Shown in pieces: positions 49,459 to 62,286 of a DNA stretch of 64,000 nucleotides; the first letter of the stretch is position 1, and every line of letters begins with the position of its first letter. The stretch lies in assembly GCA_965113315.1 (NCBI GenBank), contig OZ220371.1, one strand, 5' to 3'. The notes under the pieces are model-generated. The model ran no database searches, was not told the origin of the DNA, and was given only the letters and a program-made list of their open reading frames with translations. Both the position numbers and the translations under genes were made by a program. Source of the stretch: Podarcis vaucheri (lineage: Eukaryota).

Positions 49459-51128
49459 TTTTGTTTTTTTTTAAAAAAATATTTATTAAGAATTTTAAAA
49501 TTGCAAAAAAAAACATAAAAAGGAAACACAATAAAGAATTAACAAACATACATTGCAATACATCTAAAATAAAGAAAAAACATAAACAACAAAGCAGCAA
49601 AAAAGAGAAAAAACATTAAAACACATCCAATATTTCATAACTTTACCTTTCATTTACTTGTTTCATCGACCTCCTCACACCTCCCTTTTTGTATTCTAGT
49701 TCAATTAACTATCTCAGCAAATTCTTTCCATCTTTCTCAATTTTTTCCTGTAATATAACTTAACGGTCTAACCTTTAATTTTTTCATTTTGACCCACTAT
49801 CAATCAGCTTTTACTTAAATCTTTATGACATTTCTGCTAAAACCATATAACTCCATTCCAACATCCTTCTAACATTCATTGATTTTACAATGTTTTTGTA
49901 AATATACTTTAAATTTTTTCCAATCTTCTTCCACCGACTCTTCTCCCTGGTCTTGGATTCTGCCACTCATTTCCGCCAACTCCATGTAGTCCATCAGCTT
50001 CATCTGCCATTCTTCCCTGGTGGGTAGATCTTGTGTCTTCCAGTACTTTGCAATGAGTATTCTTGCTGTTGTTGTAGCATACATAAAGAAAGTTCTATCC
50101 TTCTTTGGCACCAATTGGCCGACCATGCCCAGGAGAAATGCCTCTGGTTTCTTCAAGAAGGTATATTTAAATATCTTTTTCATTTCATTATAGATCATCT
50201 CCCAAAATGCCTTAATCTTTGGGCATGTCCACCAAAGGTGAAAGAATGTACCTTCAGTTTCATTACATTTCCAACATTTATTATCGGGCAAATGATAAAT
50301 TTTTGCAAGCTTGACTGGTGTTATGTACCACCTGTAAATCATTTTCATTACATTCTCTTTTAAGGCATTGCATGCCGTAAACTTCATGCCAGTGGTCCAT
50401 AACTGTTCCCAGTCAGCCATCATAATATTATGTCCAACATCTTGTGCCCATTTAATCATAACAGATTTCACCGTTTCATCTTGAGTATTCCATTTCAACA
50501 ACAAGTTATACATTCTAGACAAATTCTTAACTTTAGGGTCTAACAATTCTGATCCCAATTTTGATTTTTCCACCTGGAAGCCTATTTTTTTATCCAAATT
50601 ATATGCCTCCATTATTTGATAATAGTGGAGCCAATCTCGTACTCTATTTTTTAGTTTTTCAAAGTTCTGCAATTTTAATCTGTCTCCCTCTTGTTCCAAA
50701 ATTTCCCAATACTTCGGCCATTTGGCCTCCATATTGAGTTTTTTCTGTGCCTTTGCTTCCATTGGTGACAACCATCTTGGAGTTTTATTTTCTAACAAGT
50801 CCTTATATCTTATCCAAACATTAAACAATGCTTTTCTGACAATATGGTTTTTAAACACTTTATGTGCTTTGACCTTATTATACCACAGGTATGCATGCCA
50901 ACCAAATACATTACTGAAACCTTCCAAATCCAGCACATCCGTGTTTTCAAGAAGCATCCATTCTCTCAGCCAGCAAAATGCGGCTGATTCATAATAAAGT
51001 TTAAGGTCTGGCAAGGCAAGTCCACCTCTTTCTTTAGCATCTGTTAATATCTTAAATTTTATTCGAGGTTTCTTGCCCTGCCAGACAAATCTAGAGATAT
51101 CTCTCTGCCACTTCTTGAAACAGTCCAT
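49459..51128 (-). mobile_element. L1-clade LINE, 5'-truncated
   Basis: Perfect 17-bp TSD tcctcttctccactctg (49442-49458, 51129-51145); 3'UTR homologous to 34292-34685; A-rich tail. Confidence 0.95.
49869..51128 (-). CDS. L1 ORF2 C-terminal fragment, 419 uninterrupted codons (no EN or RT core)
   Basis: GGLALPDLKLYY motif and CWKCx8Hx4C zinc knuckle typical of L1/Tx1 ORF2p; a TE remnant, not a host gene. Confidence 0.85.
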   Translation of the reverse strand: MDCFKKWQRDISRFVWQGKKPRIKFKILTDAKERGGLALPDLKLYYESAAFCWLREWMLLENTDVLDLEGFSNVFGWHAYLWYNKVKAHKVFKNHIVRKALFNVWIRYKDLLENKTPRWLSPMEAKAQKKLNMEAKWPKYWEILEQEGDRLKLQNFEKLKNRVRDWLHYYQIMEAYNLDKKIGFQVEKSKLGSELLDPKVKNLSRMYNLLLKWNTQDETVKSVMIKWAQDVGHNIMMADWEQLWTTGMKFTACNALKENVMKMIYRWYITPVKLAKIYHLPDNKCWKCNETEGTFFHLWWTCPKIKAFWEMIYNEMKKIFKYTFLKKPEAFLLGMVGQLVPKKDRTFFMYATTTARILIAKYWKTQDLPTREEWQMKLMDYMELAEMSGRIQDQGEESVEEDWKKFKVYLQKHCKINEC

Positions 51129-52024
51129 TCCTCTTCTCCACTCTGAAGGTTTGAATTTCAGCTAAGGCTGCAGCACAGCACAGTGTACGCTGCAATGTTG
51201 CCTGGAAAAGTCTCACCTCTGATGATGTTGGGCTAGGAAACTTCAGAAAGTGGCGAAGCAATCGAAAAGCTGCTAGCCAGGGAAACGTCTGAGTGGGCAA
51301 GAGCAGATGGACAGATGAACAGCAAGAAGCAGTCGGCTGAAGAGGACCAAAGAGACAGCATGAGTGGGCAGAGAAAGAGTGGGCAGAGAAAGAGTGGCCA
51401 CAGTCCCTGTTAATCTATGAATCACCTTTTGCATAAGTCTCAAGGCAATTTACAATCGTACAATAATAACAACTAAAAATAGATTTTAAAGCAATGCAAA
51501 TGAACACACATGTAGCTCAGAACTTAGGGATCCGTGATGTTATGACACAGTTCTGAGCTCAAAAACATATTGAAAGTCTTTTTAAAAGTGCATTTTGAGA
51601 GAAAATGTGTTTTAAGGTATGTATTTAGGCATGTGCTTATATGTGGATTTTTGCTTGTTGTTTTTTTAAAAAAAATTACAATTTACTAAAGAAATGGAAT
51701 AGAATGAGTGAACATATTGTAAGTGAACACATGCAAAAGTGGCGTGGACTGGAAATAAACTGATTCATTCATTCCTGGTCTCATCCACTCAACTCTGATG
51801 CTGCAACTCTATCCCATAGGCATGCTTCTCACAATGTGGCTGCCTTGTGGAGGCCATGAGAAAGTATGGCAACTGTTCCATATGGTGTACCATTACATGT
51901 GTCCTCTTTTCATGCCGACTAGCTCAGTGTGTTTTGCAATCAATCACCAGGAATGTTGGCAGTGGCATAGAGGCCATATGGTGGGGACTCATCAGCATGG
52001 CTCACTAAATGGTACAGCTACAAC

Positions 52025-52165
52025 ACAGGAAGCTGCCTCATATTGATCAGACCAGTAGTCCATCTAACTCAATACCGCCTACAATGTCTGGCATCAGCTT
52101 TCCAGGATTTCAGAAATGGGTCTTTTTGCATCCCTACCTGGAGCTGCCAGCGATTGAAACTGTGA
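52025..52165 (-). mobile_element. Old squamate SINE fragment (23983 family)
   Basis: caggaagctgcctcatattgatcagaccagtagtccatcta...ctacctggagctgccagcgattgaa. Confidence 0.6.
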
Positions 52166-52756
52166 CCCACCCGGATATGGTTTCCAGGGCCTTCAGCTCA
52201 GTTCTATATTGTAAAATGCACCCCAAAGATATGACACCTTGCACACTTTATAATTAGTCCATCACAGTACGGAATATCTGCTTTCTCATACTGAGTATGT
52301 GTGTGCATCTGGTTAGGAATCAAGCTAATGGCATGTTCATCACAGGCTGATAAGCCCTAAGCCTAACAAATCATGACAATGTCTCCTTAACCAATTACCC
52401 ATAAAAGGCAGACTAAAGTAAAACAAAGCATTGCCTTAGTAGATGTGAATATCTGATGGATGACACCATAAATGGTGGCTACATCGTAGACTCTGACCGC
52501 TCCATATTCATTTATGGGTAATTTGGTCTGGATAAGTGACTGTGAATCACTCCCTTGATGAGGAAAGTTTCTTAAAAGGAAATGTTGTTTCCCTAGAAGA
52601 GAGTTGTTCCCAGTGCTGTATTAGGAGGTCCACAATGGCATTCCAACAACCAACAACTTGGAAAGCAGTACCCATTGTCAGGTTAGCAATAGCATATTTG
52701 GGGCTTGAATATAAGCTGTTCAGCATGTAAAGTGACACTAACAGTTAAACTTTATA

Positions 52757-52998
52757 CAATGGTACCTCAGGTTACATACACTTCAGGTTACATACGCTTC
52801 AGGTTACAGATTCCGCTAACCCAGAAATAGTACCTCGGGTTAAGAACTTTGCTTCAGGATAAGAAGAGAAATCGGGCGGCAGCGGCACGGCAGCAGCAGG
52901 AGGCCCCATTAGCTAAAGTGGTGCTTCAGGTTAAGAACAGTTTCAGGTTAAGAACGGACCTCCGGAACGAATTAGGTACTTAACCCGAGGTACCACTG
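52757..52998 (+). mobile_element. Tc1/mariner MITE, ~240-bp family
   Basis: TIRs and TA TSD. Confidence 0.92.
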
Positions 52999-53053
52999 TA
53001 TACAGTACTGATTTAAATGAACCAGATTAGTTTCTGCACGTAATGATCTTCTA

Positions 53054-53101
<48 letters not shown>

Positions 53102-54455
53102 TTATTTATACCCTGCCCATCTGGCTGGGTTTCCTCAGTCACTGTGGGCAGCTTCCAACGAAAGATTAAAGGCAGAGGTGTAGCAAACCCTGGTGCGGTA
53201 CCTGGTGCAGAAATTTTTTTGTCACACCCCCCCACACACACACACATCGACAGCTCAGGGTAGGCCTAGGAGCCGAGGGTGGGTGCCAAATGTCCGACCC
53301 CCCCTTCCTACGCCTCTGCACCCCCACTTCCGCAACTCCCAAGTACCCCGAGCCGTCAGGGGAAGATGGGGAGCTATGCCGCTTCGCCAGGGTGATGGCA
53401 AAGCTGCGTCCTCTCAGGAGCCACAGCTCCCACCTGTCCCTCTCCCTCCCTCCCCAGCTTGCTGTAAAGCGGCAAAGCGGAAGCCATTTACGGTGAGCCA
53501 GGGAGGGAGGGATGGGAGATCCCACTGCCGTCGCTACGCACAGTGCATGCGTGCAACACCACACATGCGTTGTATGTAGCGGTTTGCCACCAGTGCCACC
53601 CAAGAGCCATACGGACGGTAGTGGGATCCTCTGCTCACGGCCGCAGCAACGGAGGTATCCGCCGCTTGTGGCTGTAGTGGCAACAGCAGCATTCCACCGC
53701 CGTTTGTATGGCGCTTGGGCAGCACCAGCAGCAAACCGCTATGTACAGCACATGTGCAGCATCGCTATGTCCAGCGCATGCATGCGACACCGCACATGCG
53801 TTGTATGTAGGGGTTTGCCGCCGGCTCCGCTCGAACACCGTACGGACAGTGGCGAGATCCTCTGCTTGCGGCTGCAGCCGCAAACTGAGGATCTTCCACA
53901 TGCAGCTGTGGTGGCGCGATGGCTGCACGTGACACCGCGCCAGGGCCAGGGCGGCAGGGCAAGCACCCCACGAGGTACCTTCTTGTCACCCTCCCAGACA
54001 TTGAAACTGGGGTGCACACTGACACACCTGCACCCACCTTGCGACGCCACTGATCAAAGGTACATTAAAATGTCAGGCATTAAAAACTTCCCTAAGCAGG
54101 GCTGCCTTCAGATTTCTTCTAAACATCAGATAGGTGTTTATTTCTTTGACATCTGATGGGAGGGAATTCCACAGGACAGGCACCACCACCAAGAAGGCCC
54201 TCTGCCTGGTTCCCTGCCTGGTTCCCTTTCTTCTCGCAGTGAGGGAACTGCCAGAAGGCCCTCAGCACAGGACCTCAGTGTCTGGGCTGAATGATGGGAG
54301 TGGAGACGCTCCTTCAAGTATACCAGACCGAGGCCATTTAGGGCTTTAAAAGTCATCACCAACACTTTGAATTGTGCCTGGAAACATACTGGGAGCCGAT
54401 GTAGGTCTTTCAAGACCAGTGTTGTGTGGTCTCTGCGGCAGCTCCCAGTCACCTG
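53054..54455 (-). mobile_element. L2 LINE 3' end with (AAT)n tail, split by a hAT element
   Basis: HTTLVLKDLHRLPVCFQAQFKVLVMTFKALNGLG is an L2 ORF2 C-terminus; 53101-53172 plus 54061 onward is colinear with the copy at 62238. Confidence 0.9.
53173..54052. mobile_element. 880-bp non-autonomous hAT element
   Basis: TIR cagaggtgtagcaa / ttgcgacgccactg; 8-bp TSD attaaagg / atcaaagg. Confidence 0.9.
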
Positions 54456-55199
54456 TCTAGAAATGTAAATTCTTGGTTGAATATAATATCTTTCTCTAAC
54501 TTTGTACCATTCCAACTGCTTCTACCATTCCGGCACCCCACAGTTACCAGATTATTGGTAAATTAAGGGTTCAGGGGGAATAAGTCAGACTGAATGGTGG
54601 CAGCAACACAAGTCTGAGAGAACCATTGGAGTGGGAGTTGGCTTTTCTTATTATAGAGTGTGTGGTAAGTAAATACCCCCCTTCCCTCCACAGAAGGTCA
54701 AACAGGCTGTTGGCAGGCCCAACTGGTGCTGGTAAGGATGAAGAGGTGCTCAGCCCAGGATGCATAAGCCGCTACCCTCCAGCCATGATACACGTGACAC
54801 TGGGTGGCCAGAGAAACTCACTGCACCCCTTGAGCTCTTTGCAAGTTACAATCCCTCCCACTCACCCACACATCCCATTAGGGGGATTTCATTTGTTATG
54901 CCATACTAAACAAGCTGAACAAAAGCACTTCCACAAAGCGTGTGGAAGTTAACTATGGAAGTCTTTGCTCTGCCATGTGGATTTATCTATCTTACGCAGG
55001 TCATGTAAACGTTGAGGTGGGAAGAAAGGCACAAAAGAAATCTGCCTGCAAAAGAACAGCCTTAGCCGAAGCACCGTAGCATGCAGAAGTCAGAAAGTTC
55101 AAGGAACAGAGAAGATTTCAGAAGCATCTCCTGTCATAGAGGGTAACACAGTTGGCCTCTGACAAAACAAGGAATGTTGCTGTTTAAGCCTAGGATAAA

Positions 55200-55480
55200 A
55201 AGAGCAGCAGGATGAGATTTAGGGTTCAGCATTTGATTGATATTTGCATTCACCGCAACCAAAGCAAAGCGGGGAAAACGCTAACCAGGTTGAGCGGACC
55301 TTTGCAGCAGCCCTGGAATGGAGATCATGGGAGTGCGAGACAATCTTTCTTTCGGAGCAGAATAATGATAAATTCATGCTCCTTAGAGAGGAGAAGGGGT
55401 CACTCTCGCCAGAATGAGAAATAATGTACACATTTGTAATGCCGACATAGCAGGAAGATGAAAATAGAGCTTAGGTTGGT
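55200..55480. promoter_or_regulatory. Candidate enhancer-like block
   Basis: TE-free, CpG-retaining; TGATTGAT directly followed by octamer ATTTGCAT at about 55235-55249. Confidence 0.3.
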
Positions 55481-57559
55481 TCATGTTAGCAGGCTCAGAA
55501 GGGTCAAGTAAAGCGGGGGGCGGAGGGGTAGGTGCCTCCAGATCCTTTGTTGGGCCAGACAAGTTGCTCACATAGACCAAAAGCACATTTTGCTTGCTTT
55601 TCCTCTCACGTCTACTGATGTGATTTTAGAGCCTAGATTGAAGCGAGTCAAATCAAAAGTTTGCGTGGAGTGCCCATTTCAGATGAAATGTATTGTTCAT
55701 GGTAGAAGCTAGGAGGGGAGAAGGGGGGCTCTCATCATTTCTTCAGCACACAAACTGAGTGTCTGCTCAAAGGACTGTATGGACTTGATGAGTGGGGGAT
55801 ACTCTGTGCAGTGTATTTTTTTAAATTGTCAACATATTATATTGGTTTGCCAGCCACTCAGACAGTACCAGTTTGGAGAAGTGGGGCGGAACCCTTCGAT
55901 CTTTAATTCATCCTTAAGTTTTTTTTAAAGCTTTTTTTTCCCGTGGAAGAAACCTGACTGCAATGAAAGCAGAAATCAAGAGAAGGGGTTTGGAACAATT
56001 TTAATTCAGGGTGGATCATCTACTACAGAAAACAAATCTGAGACGGTTGCAAATGCAAGTGAAATTTCAGGATTTAAAGTTAAGTGTAGGAGCATTCCAA
56101 TGCTAGACAGGTGTTTACTTTATTAAGATTTCAACTGAAGCATGGATAGCTCAGGAAAATGCACTGCACTCATAGATATAATGTGGTGGACGTCCTCCCT
56201 CATTACTTGTTTGATTACCTTAAACATAAAGACATTAGAAGGAAATACTAAGCTCAGTCTTTGGAAATGAATTGGATTTTCACCAACTCTACATACAATA
56301 GTGTACCCAGAGGACAGTAACAACTGTGGCCATGATTTTAAATACCTCCTTTAACTCAGTTATTTGTCTTGCTAAGCTACCTGATGTGAAAAAGGTACAA
56401 ATGCCATTCCCTTCATTTAAAAACATCTGCCTGTCTCTTTTTCTTAGTAGACTGATTGTAAAATGGGATTGATAGGAGTATATCACAGAAAGTGTGTAGT
56501 ATTAAAGATAATCTGAATATAAGTGGATATAGAGTCTATTGCTCTCAATATTGCTCCAAAACAATCCCTAAACTAGGGTTGTGGCTGGGGATAGTCTGGA
56601 TTCAGTGCAGCAGAATACACCAAAGATGGTCGTCCAGCCCTGGTACCATGGTTACCAGCTTGTTTTTTGGCCTTGCACCAAAACATATGTTCAGTTCAGT
56701 TTATTCTCAAGAGTTTTGGCTTCCCCTTCAGGCACATCTATTATGCTGACTGAAATATGAAAGAACTATGTGGAACCAAGAAGACTTTAGTCTTTTTATT
56801 TGGAAAGTTTTTTCTGATTCCCCCCCCCCCATACTAAAGATTCCAAATCAAAAATCTTACAGTATTGCAAAAGTAATTTGCAGCTTAGACAATCGCTTCA
56901 TTTACATTAGCTGGAAAAATGTTTGGCTGATTTTTATTGTATCAGAACATGCCTTTTTGTTAGTCTTCTGCAAAGGTTAGCACCATCTGCATTTAATTGC
57001 AAGAGGTGTGAAATGAAACCCTTTCAGGCAGAGTCTGTTTTACAGCAAATGTTCACAGGTTTCTTCAAGAGTACATAACCACAGAGAAAATACTGCCATT
57101 TGGTCCAACAGTTTTTCATACTACTGTTTAGTAACTATCTTCATTGGTTTTTTTAATGTTGGGTGTTTTATGTTCCTTCAAATTCTTTGTTTAGAACAGT
57201 GACATGAATGAATGCATGCTTTCACTCACTATTTTTTTAAATATATATATATTTTAAAGAGCTGCTGTGAAGCACTACCATATGAATTCAAGTTTCAGCT
57301 ACTGTACCTCATACCACTGATTTTTGCACTCATCACACACCCCTTTTGCACATCATCACACAGTTAGCTTGTTCCCCCTTTTTGGAGGGTGTATCCAGCA
57401 ACTGATTCTCCCCATCCTCCTGCATACACCCCTGAATTCCTGTTCACTGTCAATTACATCTGTAAAAATGTCCGTTTTATTTTTGCCTTTTGTTAGCCTG
57501 CTTTACACCAAGTCAAACCTTGATCCATTGAGTCCACTGTTAATTCTGTCTTAGTTCCT

Positions 57560-57740
57560 AGTAGAAGCGCACAGTGGTGGTTTTGAGGGAGCCCAGACCC
57601 AGCCAGAGAGTGTGACAAAGAATGGCAGCTGTGAATTAATCCATCAATCAACAACCAGCGAATTGGCTGACTGGCCGGGTAGAGAGGGACAAAATGAGGC
57701 AACAGAACCTTGGACAGCTCCATGCTGACATTTTGGAGCT
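57560..57740. promoter_or_regulatory. Candidate PBX-HOX/MEIS enhancer-like block
   Basis: tgacaaag, cagctg, aattaat and ccatcaatca (TGATTGATGG on minus) within 40 bp. Confidence 0.35.
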
Positions 57741-57757
57741 TCACCAAATCCTCATCT

Positions 57758-58092
57758 CAAGGGTGAGGAAGCATATTCCAAAGGTCATTTCCCCCCTGGG
57801 AAGCCTTCCAAGGCCACATGCCAATGGTGGCCAGGGCCCAAACCAAATGTGGGCAAATGTAAATTTAAGCCATGTTCAGTAGGTTAGTTTCTACACACAC
57901 ACACACACACATTTTCCATCCAAACAACCAAGAGGCATTATCAAAGATCAAGGGCATATTCCAGCCCAGCAAAAAATAGTTGGGGTGTGAAGCAGGGCCA
58001 CTGGTTGGTGTGGCCCAGGGAGAGTTCTGAGAGCAGATAAAGAGGCTTAAGAGGGCCTTATTTGGTCCCAAGGCCCAAGTTTCACCATCCTG
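57758..58092. mobile_element. Degenerate hAT-Charlie MITE
   Basis: caagggtgaggaa...tttcaccatcctg ends with ggccc-rich subterminal blocks. Confidence 0.5.
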
Positions 58093-58620
58093 CTTTATAT
58101 CGTCTCTTGGCCTGACTACCTGCCCCAAGCTCCAGCCCCTATCTGAGAGACAAGACCTCTAAAGGGGCAGCCCACTGGCCTGGGACAGAGCAAAGCATTT
58201 CACCATCTTCTTGCTCATTCCCACCAGGTGGGAATTCACTGTCCATTTGTGACCGGACAGTGGAGAGCATGAGGACTTTGGTGGCCAGAGTCTCAACCCC
58301 TCAAGGAAATCTAGCTTAAAGCTTGCTGTCTCTGCCTGCTCTAGTCCACTGTATAAGGGACACACATATTTCTGTCCTTAATTACAGGTGTCAATAGAGA
58401 TCTATAGAAGTGATGGATCCTAACCTTCCGTTTCCATATCTGTCAATGAGGATCCATCCTAAGAATACCCAAGATTAATTTATTGTGGCTATATTTATGA
58501 GAATGGGTTTGGCAAAGAGATGGAGGAGCAGAAATTCTAACTTGTGAACCGCCCTGAGTCCTGTGGGTATAGGGTGGTATATAAATTTAACAAATAAATA
58601 AATCGTCTAAAATGCTGTCA

Positions 58621-58962
58621 GGATGCGGGTGGCGCTGTGGGTTAAACCACTGAGCCTAGGGCTTGCCGATCAGAAGGTCGGCGGTTCGAATCCCCGCGAT
58701 GGGATGAGCTCCCATTGCTCGGTCCCTGCTCCTGCCAACCTAGCAGTTCGAAAGCACATCAAAGTGCAAGCAGATAAATAGGTACCGCTCTGGCGGGAAG
58801 GTAAATGGCGTTTCCGTGCGCTGCTCTGGTTTGCCAAAAGCGGCTTAGTCATGCTGGCCACATGACCCGGAAGCTCCACGCCGGCTCCTTCGGCCAATAA
58901 AATGAGATGAGCGCCGCAACCCCAGAGTCAGCCACGACTGGACCTAATGGTCAGGGGTCCTT
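58621..58962 (+). mobile_element. Sauria (POM) SINE, full length
   Basis: 13-bp TSD taaaatgctgtca (58608-58620, 58963-58975); A and B boxes. Confidence 0.95.
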
Positions 58963-60134
58963 TAAAATGCTGTCATGGAGTCCTGCTGTCAATGTTTATG
59001 TTATACAACAATGCAAGTTTAAACGGAACAACACTTCTGATATTACACAAGCTGAAGGAAAATACCATCATTTTCCTCCCAGTCCCAAACTGTGACTTGT
59101 CCTACCCAAGCCTTTTTTAGTCAAACTTCTTACAGCAACTATCTATGTATATTTACTCAGAAATAAGCTCTGCTGAATACAATGTGAGTTATTTCTAAGT
59201 AAATGTACATAAGATCATGCTGTTAGAGTACTTCATTTGAGTTCACCAGGGCTTACACGTAGTAACTGAACTAGTTACAAATATCCACCGAGATACACTT
59301 CATTAAATATTGTCTGTTTACAATTTCACTACATTTACAAAAAAAAAGCAATTGTCAGGACTCATATTAAAAAATACACTGAGAAAAACCTAACCAAGGA
59401 GAACCTTCAATAACCTCAAGCAAATCTCAATACAAAGAGATAAATGACAAATGAATCTCCTAGGGTCCCAGTGCCAGCTCTAACAATGCCTTTATACACA
59501 TAAGCTAGAAATAAAATGTAAGCCTTTCAGCATGCCCTGAAGGCTTGTAAGCGTAGGATACTACACAAGCCCAGAGAAATAATGGAGAATAATTATAAGG
59601 GCCGATCTTATTCCCAGTGAAATCAATAGAAGTGAGTGCAAAGTAGCTTAACTTACACATTAACCATCTCTTTTTTCTCTGGGAACAGATAAGATGGACA
59701 TAGAAAATCGTATGCTTTCTGCCAAAAGAATACTCTTTTGAGATTTTACAAGACCATGATCAAACTGTGTTTTTGTTCTTACGTTTATTTATTTATCCAA
59801 TTCCAGTTGTGAACCACTTCCCATAAAGTAGCTCAAAGCGATTTCATGGAAAAACAATTCCATATATGAAAGTAATTAAAAACAACTCCATATACATACA
59901 AAGTTAAAAATTACTTAATATGTAAAAATTATTTCAGATCCAGCACAGATAGAGACTGAGATAATGAGTGCTCCGTTTAATGTGGATAAACTAGAGCACA
60001 TCAATAAACTTTTTAAGTCAGTCCCCTGAGAAGGAGCTGAGGTTCAAAATGTGTTTGAGGTCCTTTAATAAATATTGCTTTGTACTATTTTGGATCCTAG
60101 GCATCCTCACTTCCTTTTATGGCATTTGCCAATA

Positions 60135-60360
60135 CAGTGGTACCTCGGTTTAAGAACAGTCTGGTTTAAGAACGATTTGGTTTACAAACTCTGCAAAACT
60201 GGAAATAGTGTCTTGGTTTGAGAACTTTACCTTGGTCTAAGAACAGAATCTGAACGGTGGAAGGGCACCAGCGGCGGGAGGCCTCATTAGGGAAAGCACG
60301 CCTTGGTTTAAGAACGGTTTTGGTTTAAGAACGGACTTCCGGAACGGATTAAGTCTTAAC
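60135..60360 (+). mobile_element. Related Tc1/mariner MITE subfamily, right TIR destroyed
   Basis: TA then cagtggtacctcggtttaagaac; ends in a duplicated tcttaactgaa. Confidence 0.8.
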
Positions 60361-60416
60361 TGAATTCTTAACTGAATGTGATCTCCATGGATACAGACAT
60401 AGCAATGTAACATATA

Positions 60417-60658
60417 CAGTGGTACCTCGAGTTAAGAACTTAATTCATTCCGGAGGTCTGTTCTTAACCTGAAGCTGTTCTTAACCTGAGGTACCACTTT
60501 AGCTAATGGGGCCTTCCACTGCCGCCGTGCCGCCGGAGCACGATTTCTGTTCTCATCCTGAAGCAAAGTTCTTAACCCGAGGTAATATTTCTGGGTTAGA
60601 GGAGTCTGTAACCTGAAGGGTCTGTAACCTGAAGCGTCTGTAACCTGAGGTACCACTG
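60417..60658 (-). mobile_element. Tc1/mariner MITE, ~240-bp family
   Basis: TIRs and TA TSD. Confidence 0.92.
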
Positions 60659-60997
60659 TATTAAGAACATAAGGAAAGCCCTGCTGAATCATGTAGTCCA
60701 CATTCTCACTGTGACCAACCAGATACCTATGGGAAGCATGCAAGGAGAACGTGTGTGCAATTGCCACTTGTGATATCCAGCAACATCGCCATGAACGCCT
60801 CCGTCGTTCTCTTACAATGGCAATGGTGCCCACCTGAGAGGTGCTGGAACTCAGTTCCAGCTGGGGAAAAAATCCCTGATTGCAATGAAACATTTAGATA
60901 CAAGTCACTTTCAGCACTATCCGAAGGCAGTTTTTAATGTATGATGCTGTATTGTGTTTCAATTTGTTGGAAGCCACCTGTTGCTGTTTTTCTGTGC

Positions 60998-61398
60998 CAG
61001 GGGTATCCAACAGGTCAAGTCGCGATCTACTGGTAGATCCCCATGAGGTTTTGGTAGATCGCGGTCGATCTCTGGCTCCCTTTCCTTAACGTCGCTAAAA
61101 CTGACTCCTGCCCCAGCCCCTCGCCCCACCCTCCATTGATGTATGATCTCTGGAAGGGAAGACAGAGTTTTGACCCATAGCGATTTTTTGTGTGAGTGAC
61201 TTTATCCCTTTGACCCTTGCCTTTAACCCCCTCAAAAGCAGAACACCCCCTAAGATTTTCTCTTAACCCCCCAAAAATGGGGCTTCTCAACTCCCTAAAA
61301 AAGCTCAACAACTTTGAGCTGAACCCCCCAGGGGTAGATCACTGCCAGATTTTCATTCTGAAAGTAGATCGCAGTCTCTTGAGAGCTGGCCACCCCTG
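60998..61398. mobile_element. hAT-Charlie MITE
   Basis: TIR caggggtatccaac / gctggccacccctg; TSD ttctgtgc / ttctatac; repeated gtagatc subterminal motifs. Confidence 0.85.
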
Positions 61399-62229
61399 TT
61401 CTATACCTACCTATTCAGAGGTAAGTCCCATTTAGGTGAATGGGGCTTAATGCCAAGTGAGTGGATATAGAATCACATCCCTGTTTGCTTAAACGCCTGA
61501 TTTAAAGCCCTCTTTGGGGGCACAATTGCTCCTCTAATCAGTTAGCAAGAGTGTACCACACTCTCTCTGCCAGCCTGTTTCCCAGTTCTTCCTGTAAATA
61601 AGGAAGCAACGAAAAATAAGGCAGCTAACACTATCCTCTCCAAAATCCCTTGCTCCTTGAGAATATATGCAATTCCTCTCTCCTGTCAAGCCACAGCAAT
61701 ATTTTTTAAAGAGGAAAAAAAATTCAAGAAAGCAAATAATTGATCTAATATATAGTACCATTATTATACAACGTTGGCCATGACTAAATAAGAAAGTGAA
61801 TTGTGACTTTCTATTTAATGCTGTCATTAAAGTGTTGCTGCTTGTTCTGGTGTAATGAATTGTTAGGCACTGAATATGGTATTGATTATTGAAAGTGTTC
61901 CATGACTTGCTGGTTTTGATGATTTCCTCATTTTTGTAACGTACTGATTTGAATTGTGTTGGATCTATGTGCACTGTGAACACACTTTGAGTGCCATAAT
62001 TGCAAAAAGGGGTGCTATAAATTGTTTGAAGTTAGTATTGATTTTTAAAACAAAAAACCCTCCCATTTTCCAGGTTTAGAAGACTGGAAAACCAACTCAC
62101 AAGTTGGTCTTTGCTTCCTAATCTGAAAAGCAAAAAATTATAAAAAATTCACTCCTAATTAGAGATAGGGGAGACATTTGATTGCATTTGCATTTAAAGG
62201 TGAATCTATCTTTTTCATATGTTGCTTTA

Positions 62230-62237
<8 letters not shown>

Positions 62238-62286
<49 letters not shown>

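Noticed and set aside
53166-54156. ORFs up to 214 aa
   Set aside because: GC-rich interior of a non-autonomous hAT; no hAT transposase signature
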